Made by a program: the position numbers and the translations under genes
The notes under the pieces: generated by a model
What the model was told of the DNA's origin: nothing
Database searches by the model: none
Seen by the model: the letters and a program-made list of their open reading frames with translations, nothing else
Assembly (NCBI RefSeq): GCF_037042905.1
Contig: NC_087245.1
Location: 19,408,001-19,472,000 of the forward strand
From: Lytechinus pictus
Lineage: Eukaryota
Length of the DNA: 64,000 bases
Direction of reading: 5' to 3'
Shown here: positions 26,552 to 40,829 of the stretch, piece after piece
Numbering within the stretch: position 1 is the stretch's first letter
How the letters are laid out: each line of letters starts with the position of its first letter

Positions 26552-26818
26552 CTTCAACTGTCAAATTCATTGTTGAGGTATCTCGAGGAAGTTGGCAGGT
26601 GTATTCCGCAGCATCCTCTGGACTGATATTCTTGATCCTCAATTTCTTGCGGCGACCTTCGTCTTTGACTTCATACTTGTCGAGGGACACATCGATAGGT
26701 TCGCCATTTTTGAGCCATGTGAAGTCAGTCTTAGAATTGCTCACCTCACAGATGAGCTCGGCAGTTTCCCTTTCGGTAATAGTCAGTGGTTTTAACTCTC
26801 CCACAATCTTGGCCGGGA
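26552..26818 (-). CDS. Exon, Ig I-set domain
   Basis: PAKIVGELKP..LICEVS..WLKNG..DAAEYTC; 267 bp, phase 1-1. Confidence 0.95.
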
Positions 26819-27200
26819 CTGTGAAGAGAATAAATAAGGATTAAGTAGAATTTAATACACTCAAAGTGAATAAATATTTCAATACTCTTTGTTATTGTAA
26901 AAATAGTGCACATCATAGCTCTGTTTGCAATGTACAATATCAGCATCGCCTTACAAAGGCTTTTTGTAATGAAATGTTAGCATGTGTCCATATTGTTGAT
27001 TTGACAAAGGTGGATGGATACATATATTTATAATTCATGATTGTTAATAGATTATTCATATCAATGGTTTAAGGCAATATTTATATCTTGATAAATGGAG
27101 GTACATCCAGGCCAGCATGTTGAAATTCGATATTTTGTTTATGTATTGTATTATCATTTGTTTTTACTGTTCAATGAGAAATGAAAAAAAATTAAAAGAA

Positions 27201-28852
27201 ACTAGAATTTTAATTCGTCATGAGGACGAATTAGGTGATCTGTCTCTGATTTCATGATCACGAAGAAAATCAGCATGTTTATTGAGATCAATATGATCAT
27301 CATGATGAAAACTGAACTTCTCTTACGAAAAGAATGTGTTGAATACTCTTGAAAAAGAGGGAAATGAGAAAGTTGTGTGAAAAAGTGTAGGTCATACACA
27401 TATTGTACATGTACATATTGTACATTACAAGGGATTTTAATCTCTTTTATTGTCCAATGCTTTATTTTATATACATTGTAATGGTCATAAGGACCATTTG
27501 TGAAATGTTGAAAAGAAAAAGAAAAAAATTTCATGTTCACCCCTGGGCTCGAACCGTGGACCTTAAGGACGCAAGTCTGAATACCAATTGAGCTACACTG
27601 TTTCCCATAGATTTTACACATAAGCAAATTAAGAGGATCTGAAATCCAATTTCGCAAGTGAAATACGGGCATGATCCCGGCATCTGATTGGAAAATAAAG
27701 ACCACATTACCAATAGCTTAGAATCTCAGCTACAACATACTGAAAGCTCAAAGAAAACCGACACGAAAAAGTGGAGATATGGCTCACGAAATAGACAAAT
27801 GTAGAATCCAGTTTTGAGAAAAAGACATTTCCCATAGAGATTACACGCAAAATGAGCAAAAATGACATGCCTCTTTAAATCACAAGTTTTTAGGATGATC
27901 CGTTCCTTAAAATGTAAAAAAAAAGACAGAACATTAGAAAGAGAATGTCCTCAGCTACAACATAGAAGAAACTGAGCGAAAATTGACTAATATTTACGGA
28001 GTTAGTGTCAAATTTGCATAATTATGATGACGTCATAAGGAGCAAAATGGAAATTTTGAGTTCCAACGCCATTTTGATGACGTCATGATAAAATTAAGGG
28101 TCAAATGTGGCATGAAATCATATCTCCCATCCATACTCTATTTGAATATGAAAAAAAATTGGGGGTCAACGGACTTCCTGAAGAGCTGTAATGAATTTTG
28201 TATAGGCATGTTTTTGCACATATATTGTCCATGGTTAGTGCGCGCGCGCATGCTGCAAACTTTGATAGAGGCTAATTCCGTTACTACTTGTCGTAAAAGG
28301 TTGATCAAGGTATCAAATTATTCAGAATTATATTATCGATGCATTTGTATGAAAAAAATTGCGATTCTATGTTGTATAGTGCCGTTACGCGCAAAAACGC
28401 GTGCGTAACCGTGCGCGTGCGCAAATTTTTGAAATTTTTAAAATGACCTGATTCATACTATACTTTGATCAAAAAGTGATTTTGAGCATTTTAAAATTTT
28501 GACGCACGCGTCGTGACATTTACATGGCTTTTGATGACATGGGCAGTTGACCCTTGACCTGAAGTTAATGTGATGTAAATATTGTTGATTTTTGATAATT
28601 GATAATGAAGATATGATTGATAATGTGAATTTACAAAATGGCGTCTAGATGACGTTATGATGACCTTTTGACCTTGTTTCATACAGGTGACATGATAAGT
28701 CCCCATATCTGATGATATTTTGAAGAAAATTGTAGCTGTAGATTTTGAGATTTTATGGTCACAAGAAAAGGGCGGAAAAATAAAAATAAATAAATAAAAA
28801 AGAAAATTTGTACGAAATTAATAGTTGATCTGTCGATTGACAGATCACCTTA
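27201..28852 (-). mobile_element. Non-autonomous Helentron/DINE-1-like (HINE) element
   Basis: On the minus strand: 5' subterminal repeat AGGTGATCTGTC with adjacent inverted copy GACAGATCA, a (TTTA)-type microsatellite, 3' subterminal repeat GACAGATCACCTAA, hairpin AATTCGTC-CTCAT-GACGAATT, then terminal CTAG followed by a T-run. Confidence 0.65.
27520..27600 (-). pseudogene. tRNA-like Pol III cassette inside the Helentron-like element
   Basis: cagtgTAGCTCAATTGGtattcagacttgcgtccttaaggtccacGGTTCGAGCCCaggggtgaacatgaaaTTTTTTT: A box, B box and T-run terminator; no clean acceptor stem. Confidence 0.55.
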
Positions 28853-29034
28853 TTATGGTATTTTGATGACCACAAAACTAATTTGATTACAAAGTTATTT
28901 GCAATGCAATATAAATGCACTGAAATTCTTTAATCGTAAAAAATACTTTGTATTGGACTATCGCTGGCCTTCCTGTTTACGGAATCGTGGAAAAGGTTTT
29001 AAAAACATGTTATTAAGGTTTAGCCATAACTTAC

Positions 29035-29298
29035 TTTGGACATCAAGGGATGCAGCGGTTTTAGTCTTTGGAAGCTGGCATGTATATCTAGCGCCATCAA
29101 CGGGGACAGCATCTTTGATCACAAGAATTCTCTTGGTACCATCTTCCTTCAGCTCGTACTTGTCACCTGACTTCAGAACCTTGCCATGTTTGACCCATTC
29201 AACAACTGCATTTTCGTCATTGACTTCACACATGAGTTCGCATGTGTCTCCCTTGAAGCCCTTAGAAGGTTTGAGATCCTCTGTGAATTTCCATTCCT
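29035..29298 (-). CDS. Exon, Ig I-set domain
   Basis: EWKFTEDLKP..LMCEVN..WVKHG..DGARYTC; 264 bp, phase 1-1. Confidence 0.95.
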
Positions 29299-29901
29299 CT
29301 GCAATATAAAAATTCACAATAGCATTGTGAGTTATCTGTCATTCTTGAAACATTATAAAGGAGCCATTGGCGGGAGTATTTTGGTGGACACGTGGTGCCT
29401 GGAAACAGATTCTTTGAAATGTATTTTAGGTTTGTTCAAATTTTTGGTTGCTTGTCACAATGTCTATATCTGCTAGTTCAATAATCTTTTCTTTAACATC
29501 GATTTTAGGGAGGACAGAGTGATAAGAATATGTCAAATAACCATTTCTAAAACAAGAAGCAAGTAAATACCATAAAAAACAAAGATCGTACTGGCATTCA
29601 ATGTAATTCCCCCCCTCCCCCCCAAAAAATTAAATAAAAATGCTTTTAAGTTCTACATAGAACGAGAGGTAACTGAAATTTTTTAAACTAGTTTAGACAG
29701 GATTAAGATATGAAAACCAAATTTAGTCCATGAAATCTTTCAAATATCTCAATCCTACCCATCAACTTTCCAGGTCAAAGCAATTTTTAGTCTTATTTTA
29801 AAGGTTGCTAAACACTCTTGTCTCATGAAAAAATAGCTTATCTTAATCCGGTCATAAAACTTTTCAGTCGTTCCTTGTTTAAAACTTTTTACATAACCTA
29901 C

Positions 29902-30058
29902 CTGGTTTAAATTTCTTTTCAGGGACCGCCTCAACGGGAGCAGACTCTACTGGTGCAGCTTCAACAGGTTCAATGACCGATGCTTCAACAATTTCAGATG
30001 GTGCCTCTTCTGAAACTTTAAGGGTGACCTCAGTTTCTACCTCCTGAGAAGCAAGCTG
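29902..30058 (-). CDS. Exon, E/V/A/P-rich linker (QLASQEVETEVTLKVSEEAPSEIVEASVIEPVEAAPVESAPVEAVPEKKFKP)
   Basis: Not in the ORF track; NAGNAG acceptor tagCAG, donor gtaggt; 157 bp, phase 0-1. Confidence 0.9.
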
Positions 30059-30845
30059 CTATACAGAAAAAGGTACAGTGAATTAACAGACGTATCCATA
30101 TTAAAATTGGCATCTTTTGTCTCATTGGGTTTTCAAAACATTGATTCATTTTCTTTTGTCTCCTATCAAGATCAGACAAGAGACAATATTAAGTAATAAA
30201 ATATTTCAACTTCAAAGAAAGAAGACATTGCAATGCTGTTGATTTATGTTATTTTATGTTGAGAAAGCAAATGTTACAAAGAGTAAATAATTTGATCAAA
30301 CAAACATGTCACGTTCTTAAAGTAGCACTTAATATCCTAATGTTATGTGATTTCAAAGTGAAATGAATTACTAAGAAAGAAAGAAATGTGTTTTCTTGTT
30401 ATCTCTGCTTTTCAAAATAAGTTTCTTCCATTGCCCCCCAGTACTGCATATTGTTTTTTTCCACTCTTTTAGCTCACTATAATTTGTCAAAATAAGAACT
30501 ATTTCATGAAATGAGGAAAGACACACCAGGTGCTAAAACCGTTGGAAGTTACTGGAAACTTTTGACATTTATTTTCTTAAGTTAAAAGGTAAGATGAGTG
30601 AGAGTAAACGAATGACTACCAAAATTACTTTGGTATTAAGTAGTACATGAAAATGATTCTGGAATAAAGGTAATAATAAGGGCAAAATTTGATACACGAA
30701 CACATTGACATATAATTAACAAGAAAAAAATATCAAGAAAAGCTAAGAGTGATGCTTCCTGTTCTAAATATAAACAATGTTGAAAAGTATTCAATTTCAG
30801 TGTCTCCAAATAGCAATTCCATGAAAAAGGCAAGATACCAATTAC

Positions 30846-33800
30846 CTTTGCAGTTTCCTCTGCTTTGCGCTTCTCTACTGCATCAATATGTTTCCGAATA
30901 AGCTTCATTTGGATGATACCCTTTTTCCTCAAAATCTTTTCATAATCTTTAGGTTCAACGTTCTTTAAAAGCTCAAAGACTTCTTCTGCTTCCTTTTCTT
31001 CTTTGGTCAAAGGCTTCTTCTTTTCGGGCATCTTTACCTCAACAGCCTCTTCTTTGTCTTCAGGTTTCTTTTTCATGATCTTAACCTCAGCCTTTTCCTC
31101 CTCCTCTGGTTTTTTAGGAGCGATCTCAAATTCTACTTCAGTGGGAGCCGCTTCCTCTGGTTTAGATGGTTCAATAGTAACAACTGTTTCCTCTGGTGCT
31201 GCTTCTGTTGGTTTGTCAAGAGTGATCTCCATTTCTTCCAGAGTTGCTTCTTCGGCCTTACGTTTTTCAACCATCTCGATGTGTTTCTTGATGACTTTAG
31301 TCTGTATGACACCTTTCTTCCTCAAAACCTTTTCATACTGCTCGGGTTGTACATCCTTAAGAAGTTTAAAGACTTCTTCTGCTTCCTTTTCTTCTTTGGT
31401 CAGAGGCTTCTTCTTTTCGGGTACCTTTACCTCAACAACCTCTTCTGTGTCTTCTGGTTTCTTCTTCATGATCTTAATCTCAACTTTTTCCTCCTCCTCT
31501 GGTTTCTTAGGAGCGATCTTAATTTGAACTTCAGTGGGAGCCGCTTCCTCTGGTTTAGATGGTTCAATAGTAACAACTCTCTCCTCTGGTGCTGCTTCTG
31601 TTGGTTTGTCCAGAGTGATCTCTATTTCTTCCAGAGTTGCTTCTTTGGCCTTACGTTTTTCAACAATCTCGATGTGTTTCTTGATGACTTTAGTCTGTAT
31701 GACACCTTTCTTCCTCAAAACCTTTTCATACTGCTCGGGTTGTACATCCTTAAGAAGTTCAAAGACTTCTTCAGCTTCCTTTTCTTCTTTGGTCAAAGGC
31801 TTCTTCTTTTCGGGTACCTTTACCTCAACAACCTCTTCTGTGTCTTCTGGTTTCTTCTTCATGATCTTAACTTCGACCTTTTCCTCCTCCTCTGGTTTCT
31901 TAGGAGCGATCTTACTTTCTACTTCAGTGAGAGCTGCTTCCTCTGGTTTAGATGGTTCAATGGTAACAACTGTTTCTTCTGGTGCTGCTTCTGTTGGTTT
32001 GTCAAGAGTGATCTCCATTTCTTCCAGAGTTGCTTCTTCGGCCTTACGTTTTTCAACCATCTCGATGTGTTTCTTGATGACCTTAGTCTGGATGACGCCT
32101 TTCTTTCTCAAAACCTTCTCATACTGCTCGGGTTGTACATCCTTAAGAAGTTCAAAGACTTCTTCAGCTTCCTTTTCTTCTTTGGTCAAAGGCTTCTTCT
32201 TTTCGGGTACCTTTACCTCAACAACCTCTTCTGTGTCTTCTGGTTTCTTCTTCATGATCTTAATCTCAACTTTTTCCTCCTCCTCTGGTTTCTTAGGAGC
32301 GATCTTAATTTCTACTTCAGTGAGAGCTGCTTCCTCTGGTTTAGATGGTTCAATGGTAACAACTGTTTCTTCTGGTGCTGCTTCTGTTGGTTTGTCAAGA
32401 GTGATCTCCATTTCTTCCAGAGTTGCTTCTTCGGCCTTACGTTTTTCAACCATCTCGATGTGTTTCTTGATGACTTTAGTCTGTATGACGCCTTTCTTCC
32501 TCAAAACCTTTTCATACTGCTCGGGTTGTACATCCTTAAGAAGTTCAAAGACTTCTTCAGCTTCCTTTTCTTCTTTGGTCAAAGGCTTCTTCTTTTCGGG
32601 TACCTTTACCTCAACAACCTCTTCTGTGTCTTCTGGTTTCTTCTTCATGATCTTAATCTCAACTTTTTCCTCCTCCTCTGGTTTCTTAGGAGCGATCTTA
32701 ATTTCTACTTCAGTGAGAGCTGCTTCCTCTGGTTTAGATGGTTCAATGGTAACAACTGTTTCTTCTGGTGCTGCTTCTGTTGGTTTGTCAAGAGTGATCT
32801 CCATTTCTTCCAGAGTTGCTTCTTCGGCCTTACGTTTTTCAACCATCTCGATGTGTTTCTTGATGACCTTAGTCTGGATGACGCCTTTCTTTCTCAAAAC
32901 CTTCTCATACTGCTCGGGTTGTACATCCTTAAGAAGTTCAAAGACTTCTTCAGCTTCCTTTTCTTCTTTGGTCAAAGGCTTCTTCTTTTCGGGTACCTTT
33001 ACCTCAACAACCTCTTCTGTGTCTTCTGGTTTCTTCTTCATGATCTTAACCTCGACCTTTTCCTCCTCCTCTGGTTTCTTAGGAGCGATCTTAATTTCTA
33101 CTTCAGTGAGAGCTGCTTCCTCTGGTTTAGATGGTTCAATGGTAACAACTGTTTCTTCTGGTGCTGCTTCTGTTGGTTTGTCAAGAGTGATCTCCATTTC
33201 TTCCAGAGTTGCTTCTTCGGCCTTTCGTTTTTCAACCATCTCGATGTGTTTCTTGATGACCTTAGTCTGGATGAGGCCTTGCTTTCTCAAAACCTTCTCA
33301 TACTGCTCGGGTTGTACATCCTTAAGAAGTTCAAAGACTTCTTCAGCTTCCTTTTCTTCTTTGGTCAAAGGCTTCTTCTTTTCGGGTACCTTTACCTCAA
33401 CAACCTCTTCTGTGTCTTCTGGTTTCTTCTTCATAATCTTAATCTCAACTTTTTCCTCCTCCTCTGGTTTCTTAGGAGCGATCTTAATTTGTACTTCAGT
33501 GGGAGCCGCTTCCTCTGGTTTAGATGGTTCAATAGTAACAACTGTCTCCTCTGGTGCTGCTTCTGTTGGTTTGTCCAGAGTGATCTCCATTTCTTCAAGA
33601 GTTGCTTCTTCGGCCTTACGTTTTTCAACAATCTCGATGTGTTTCTTGATGACTTTAGTCTGTATGACACCTTTCTTCCTCAAAACCTTTTCATACTGCT
33701 CGGGTTGTACATCCTTAAGAAGTTCAAAGACTTCTACAGCTTCCTTTTCTTCTTTGGTCAAAGGCTTCTTCTTTTCGGGTACCTTTACCTCAACAACCTC

Positions 33801-36800
33801 TTCTGTGTCTTCTGGTTTCTTCTTCATGATCTTAACCTCGACCTTTTCCTCCTCCTCTGGTTTCTTAGGAGCGATCTTAATTTCTACTTCAGTGAGAGCT
33901 GCTTCCTCTGGTTTAGATGGTTCAATAGTTACAACTGTTTCTTCTGGTGCTGCTTCTGTTGGTTTGTCAAGAGTGATCTCCATTTCTTCCAGAGTTGCTT
34001 CTTCGGCCTTACGTTTTTCAACCATCTCGATGTGTTTCTTGATGACTTTAGTCTGTATGACGCCTTTCTTCCTCAAAACCTTTTCATACTGCTCGGGTTG
34101 TACATCCTTAAGAAGTTCAAAGACTTCTTCTGCTTCCTTTTCTTCTTTGGTCAAAGGCTTCTTCTTTTCGGGTACCTTTACCTCAACAACCTCTTCTGTG
34201 TCTTCTGGTTTCTTCTTCATGATCTTAATCTCAACTTTTTCCTCCTCCTCTGGTTTCTTAGGAGCGATCTTAATTTCTACTTCAGTGAGAGCTGCTTCCT
34301 CTGGTTTAGATGGTTCAATGGTAACAACTGTTTCTTCTGGTGCTGCTTCTGTTGGTTTGTCAAGAGTGATCTCCATTTCTTCCAGAGTTGCTTCTTCGGC
34401 CTTACGTTTTTCAACCATCTCGATGTGTTTCTTGATGACCTTAGTCTGGATGACGCCTTTCTTTCTCAAAACCTTCTCATACTGCTCGGGTTGTACATCC
34501 TTAAGAAGTTCAAAGACTTCTTCAGCTTCCTTTTCTTCTTTGGTCAAAGGCTTCTTCTTTTCGGGTACCTTTACCTCAACAACCTCTTCTGTGTCTTCTG
34601 GTTTCTTCTTCATGATCTTAACCTCGACCTTTTCCTCCTCCTCTGGTTTCTTAGGAGCGATCTTAATTTGTACTTCAGTGGGAGCCGCTTCCTCTGGTTT
34701 AGATGGTTCAATAGTAACAACTGTTTCTTCTGGTGCTGCTTCTGTTGGTTTGTCAAGAGTGATCTCCATTTCTTCCAGAGTTGCTTCTTCGGCCTTACGT
34801 TTTTCAACCATCTCGATGTGTTTCTTGATGACTTTAGTCTGTATGACACCTTTCTTCCTCAAAACCTTTTCATACTGCTCGGGTTGTACATCCTTAAGAA
34901 GTTCAAAGACTTCTTCTGCTTCCTTTTCTTCTTTGGTCAAAGGCTTCTTCTTTTCGGGTACCTTTACCTCAACAACCTCTTCTGTGTCTTCTGGTTTCTT
35001 CTTCATGATCTTAATCTCAACTTTTTCCTCCTCCTCTGGTTTCTTAGGAGCGATCTTAATTTCTACTTCAGTGAGAGCTGCTTCCTCTGGTTTAGATGGT
35101 TCAATGGTAACAACTGTTTCTTCTGGTGCTGCTTCTGTTGGTTTGTCAAGAGTGATCTCCATTTCTTCCAGAGTTGCTTCTTCGGCCTTACGTTTTTCAA
35201 CCATCTCGATGTGTTTCTTGATGACCTTAGTCTGGATGACGCCTTTCTTTCTCAAAACCTTCTCATACTGCTCGGGTTGTACATCCTTAAGAAGTTCAAA
35301 GACTTCTTCAGCTTCCTTTTCTTCTTTGGTCAAAGGCTTCTTCTTTTCGGGTACCTTTACCTCAACAACCTCTTCTGTGTCTTCTGGTTTCTTCTTCATG
35401 ATCTTAACCTCGACCTTTTCCTCCTCCTCTGGTTTCTTAGGAGCGATCTTAATTTGTACTTCAGTGGGAGCCGCTTCCTCTGGTTTAGATGGTTCAATAG
35501 TAACAACTGTTTCTTCTGGTGCTGCTTCTGTTGGTTTGTCAAGAGTGATCTCCATTTCTTCCAGAGTTGCTTCTTCGGCCTTACGTTTTTCAACCATCTC
35601 GATGTGTTTCTTGATGACTTTAGTCTGTATGACACCTTTCTTCCTCAAAACCTTTTCATACTGCTCGGGTTGTACATCCTTAAGAAGTTCAAAGACTTCT
35701 ACAGCTTCCTTTTCTTCTTTGGTCAAAGGCTTCTTCTTTTCGGGTATCTTTACCTCAACAACCTCTTCTGTGTCTTCTGGTTTCTTCTTCATGATCTTAA
35801 CCTCGACCTTTTCCTCCTCCTCTGGTTTCTTAGGAGCGATCTTAATTTCTACTTCAGTGAGAGCTGATTCCTCTGGTTTAGATGGTTCAATAGTTACAAC
35901 TGTTTCTTCTGGTGCTGCTTCTGTTGGTTTGTCAAGAGTGATCTCCATTTCTTCCAGAGCTGCTTCTTCGGCCTTACGTTTTTCAACCATCTCGATGTGT
36001 TTCTTGATGACTTTAGTCTGTATGACGCCTTTCTTCCTCAAAACCTTTTCATACTGCTCGGGTTGTGCATCCTTAAGAAGTTCAAAGACTTCTTCAGCTT
36101 CCTTTTCTTCTTTGGTCAAAGGCTTCTTCTTTTCGGGTACCTTTACCTCAACAACCTCTTCTGTGTCTTCTGGTTTCTTCTTCATGATCTTAATCTCAAC
36201 TTTTTCCTCCTCCTCTGGTTTCTTAGGAGCGATCTTAATTTCTACTTCAGTGAGAGCTGCTTCCTCTGGTTTAGATGGTTCAATGGTAACAACTGTTTCT
36301 TCTGGTGCTGCTTCTGTTGGTTTGTCAAGAGTGATTTCCATTTCTTCCAGAGTTGCTTCTTCGGCCTTACGTTTTTCAACCATCTCGATGTGTTTCTTGA
36401 TGACCTTAGTCTGGATGACGCCTTTCTTTCTCAAAACCTTCTCATACTGCTCGGGTTGTACATCCTTAAGAAGTTCAAAGACTTCTTCAGCTTCCTTTTC
36501 TTCTTTGGTCAAAGGCTTCTTCTTTTCGGGTACCTTTACCTCAACAACCTCTTCTGTGTCTTCTGGTTTCTTCTTCATGATCTTAACCTCGACCTTTTCC
36601 TCCTCCTCTGGTTTCTTAGGAGCGATCTTAATTTCTACTTCAGTGAGAGCTGCTTCCTCTGGTTTAGATGGTTCAATAGTTACAACTGTTTCTTGTGGTG
36701 CTGCTTCTGTTGGTTTGTCAAGAGTGATCTCCATTTCTTCCAGAGTTGCTTCTTCGGCCTTACGTTTTTCAACCATCTCGATGTGTTTCTTGATGACTTT

Positions 36801-38738
36801 AGTCTGTATGACGCCTTTCTTCCTCAAAACCTTTTCATACTGCTCGGGTTGTACATCCTTAAGAAGTTCAAAGACTTCTTCAGCTTCCTTTTCTTCTTTG
36901 GTCAAAGGCTTCTTCTTTTCGGGTACCTTTACCTCAACAACCTCTTCTGTGTCTTCTGGTTTCTTCTTCATGATCTTAATCTCAACTTTTTCCTCCTCCT
37001 CTGGTTTCTTAGGAGCGATCTTAATTTGTACTTCAGTGGGAGCCGCTTCCTCTGGTTTAGATGGTTCAATAGTAACAACTGTCTCCTCTGGTGCTGCTTC
37101 TGTTGGTTTGTCCAGAGTGATCTCCATTTCTTCCAGAGTTGCTTCTTCTGTCTTACGTTTCTCAACCATCTCGATGTGTTTCTTGATGATCTTAGTCTGG
37201 ATGACGCCTTTCTTCCTCAATACCTTTTCATACTGCTCGGGTTGTACATCCTTAAGAAGTTCAAAGACTTCTTCTGCTTCCTTTTCTTCTTTGGTCAGAG
37301 GCTTTTTCTTTTCGGGTACCTTCACCTCAACAGCCTCTTCTTTTTCTTCTGGTTTCTTTTTCATGATCTTAACCTCGACCTTTTCCTCCTCCTCTGGTTT
37401 CTTAGGAGCGATCTTAACTTGTACTTCAGTTGGAGCTGCTTCCTCTGGTTTAGATGGTTCAATGGTAACAACTGTTTCTTCTGGTGCTGCTTCTGTTGGT
37501 TTGTCAAGAGTGATCTCCATTTCTTCCAGAGTTGCTTCTTCGGCCTTACGTTTTTCAACCATCTCGATGTGTTTCTTGATGACCTTAGTCTGGATGACGC
37601 CTTTCTTTCTCAAAACCTTCTCATACTGCTCGGGTTGTACATCCTTAAGAAGTTCAAAGACTTCTTCTGCTTCCTTTTCTTCTTTGGTCAGAGGCTTCTT
37701 CTTTTCGGGTACCTTTACCTCAACAACCTCTTCTGTGTCTTCTGGTTTCTTCTTCATGATCTCAACCTCGACTTTTTCTTCCTCCTCTGGTTTCTTAGGA
37801 GCGATCTTAATTTCTACTTCAGTGAGAGCTGCTTCCTCTGGTTTAGATGGTTCAATGGTAACAACTGTTTCTTCTGGTGCTGCTTCTGTTGGTTTGTCAA
37901 GAGTGATCTCCATTTCTTCCAGAGTTGCTTCTTCAGCCTTACGTTTCTCAACCATCTCGATGTGTTTCTTGATGATCTTAGTCTGGATGACGCCTTTCTT
38001 CCTCAAAACCTTTTCATACTGCTCGGGTTGTACATCCTTAAGAAGTTCAAAGACTTCTTCTGCTTCCTTTTCTTCTTTGGTCAGAGGTTTCTTCTTTTCA
38101 GGCACCTTTACCTCAACAGCCTCTTCTTTTTCTTCTGGTTTCTTTTTCATGATCTTAACCTCGACCTTTTCCTCCTCCTCTGGTTTCTTAGGAGCGATCT
38201 TAATTTGTACTTTAGTGGGAGCCGCTTCCTCTGGTTTAGATGGTTCAATAGTAACAACTGTCTCCTCTGGTGCTGCTTCTGTTGGTTTGTCCAGAGTGAT
38301 CTCCATTTCTTCCAGAGTTGCTTCTTCGGCCTTACGTTTCTCAACCATCTCGATGTGTTTCTTGATGACCTTAGTCTGGATGACGCCTTTCTTTCTCAAA
38401 ACCTTTTCATACTGCTCGGGTTGTACATCCTTAAGAAGTTCAAAGACTTCTTCTGCTTCCTTTTCTTCTTTGGTCAGAGGCTTCTTCTTTTCGGGTACCT
38501 TTACCTCAACAGCTTCTTCTTTTTCTTCTGGTTTCTTTTTCATGATCTTAATCTCGACCTTTTCCTCCTCCTCAGGTTTCTTAGGAGCGATCTTAATTTG
38601 TACTTCAGAGGGAGCCGCTTCTTCTGGTTTAGATGGTTCAATAGTAACAACTTCGACAGTTGAAGTTGTGTCTCCTACCGGCATCTGATCTGTAGTTATT
38701 TCAAGAGAGATTTCCATTTCTTCTGGTAGCTTTCCATC
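30846..38738 (-). CDS. Giant exon A: 7,893 bp, 20 tandem 393-bp (131-aa) units, each a THB motif plus PEVK-like spacer
   Basis: Uninterrupted ORF; acceptor ttctgatttcag|GAT, donor AAG|gtaatt; phase 0-0; unit core EEVFELLKDVQPEQYEKVLRKKGVIQTKVIKKHIEMVEK. Confidence 0.93.
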
Positions 38739-40829
38739 CTGAAATCAGAATCGATGAAATTCGAATTTTACCATTGATGGTATAATGCGAACTTCATGCT
38801 CTCAAACGGCTGAAAAACTCAAATTTTGGTTGAACGCAAGCGTTGCCAACCTTATCATGCGAAGTGCTCTTCATGCGAAGTTCCGATATGTACACCATGC
38901 ATAAAGCTTCAGCACGGAAACGAAAATGTAAGCAAGCTGATAGGAAGACCCATTTTCAGCCCATTTTTCCACGCTCACTTGGCACTTCGGACATTTATAC
39001 CCTTCTAATGCTCATGAGTGTCTATTAGAAATAACGGGTTGAAGATGCCAGTCCCATCCGCAATAAAATAAAAGAAACAGCAACTCTTCTGGTCCATGCA
39101 TTAGTGAAATGAACATGCTGAATATCAGAGAATTGTATTAATTATTCTTTCCAAGTATTGATTTTTCACAAGCGAAATGTGGTGCATCAATAAAAAAATA
39201 CCTACGTTCATATCAGGTAGAATAAAAGAAAAATACCATGCCATCAAAATAATTGTATATTGTGGACAAACCTTGTACTGCAGCAAATGATATGCTTTTT
39301 ATAAATATGTGGAATAGAAGCGGCATTGTCATTTTAGTGACCGTATCGAAATAAAGGAATGTGCTTATCATCAAAGCAAAACTTGTGAAGGGATTAAAAA
39401 TAAGTTGTGTCTGATTATTCATCTTAAACATATACATATGAGTTGTACTGATGAAAGGAAATCCAAATTTTAATGACTATTTATGACAGAATTTTCAAGT
39501 CAATGATTCAAGAAACCCATATCAGCTAAAAAACGACGTATTATAAATCCAAAGATACCTCAATTAGGTTTCAAGGATCATGTATGACTGAATATTATTT
39601 TTCTAAAAATGGGTGGTACTGACTGCTGAATATCAGTTTCTTCCACTGTACAATGAATGGCAAATTGTGTCTGTGCTTGTCAAAGACGGAATTATGTATG
39701 TGCATAATATCAAGTTTGCATCTGAATTGAAACTTGCTCAATATCTTCGAAGCATGAGGTTCAAGCACATATTATGTAAAAGGAAGTCGTGAGATTTATC
39801 CGCAATCTTTCATTTTGCATTATTAATGGTGTCCAATGTGTTTAGTATGTTGGTAAACAAAGTCCAATCTTACACGGTATTTTCAAAATAATGGTGATCA
39901 TTTATGCCAAGGTTACATTCAAACTATGATCGGATGAAGTGTAGGGAATATGAAATTTATTGTCACTGAATTATTATTTCTTTCTCAAGAAGTATATATA
40001 GAGATATACTTGTATAACTGAAATTACCTGAATAATATAATTAATATGAGTCAAATTTCATCGTCCCAGTAGAAAATGAAGACAAGCAAGAGAAAAAAGA
40101 CAGAAGTAAAAATAGCTATCCATTCATGATGCTGATAAAATGATGCAAATAAATGTACTAATCGCATGCTCCAAACTGTTTAACCCACATCTGAGGGATT
40201 ATAGGCTGAAGTCAACAGATTTCAGTGTGCACCTTGTAAAACTTGAGAATCCATTAACCAAAATAAATTACAAAACTAGTATCTGATTCAGAAGGATTTA
40301 ATGTGGTGGAAAGAACATCCGTGTGACAAGGCTGCAAAAGGTCAATCTTTAATATCTTCAAAAATGCTTGGCAACAAGGCAACAGCAATTAATATGTTAC
40401 ATATCCAACCCTTGCTGAAAGATATCTCGACCTTCCGCAGCAAAATATTTTCCCTGACATATCATTTTCTTGTACTCTTCGTTAATGAGCGAATCTGCTG
40501 CTCGTTTGCCTTGCCCATACTATGCTATAATTCGTTCATATTTAAGAGGCCATGATAATATCATCTGTAAGTTATTTGAACAGCATCTTATAATGTGGAA
40601 ACTCTGTTCCTTGCACTCTCCACTGGAAGGTCTTTTGGTCGAAAGCCTATTTTGACTTTTTATTTTTGTTTCAATTTCTTTTTTCTAAGACAAAATAAAG
40701 GTTACTTCTTTCTCTTACTGAGAAAAATGTGTTGTCCGTTATTTAACTTTTTGAAAAACTTGGGAGTTTGTTCTAGGGAATTCTTCACTCATTTTGAGAG
40801 CCAAGAAATGCGTAAATTTAAGACTTTAA

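Noticed and set aside
27520..27600. Functional tRNA gene
   Set aside because: A and B boxes are present but there is no convincing acceptor or anticodon stem, and it lies inside a mobile element.
31003..38688. Very long plus-strand ORFs (2384, 1528 and 888 aa; S/F/L-rich)
   Set aside because: Antisense shadows of the purine-rich E/K-coding repeat: one stop-free unit repeated gives a long ORF. No domain-like content or splice context.
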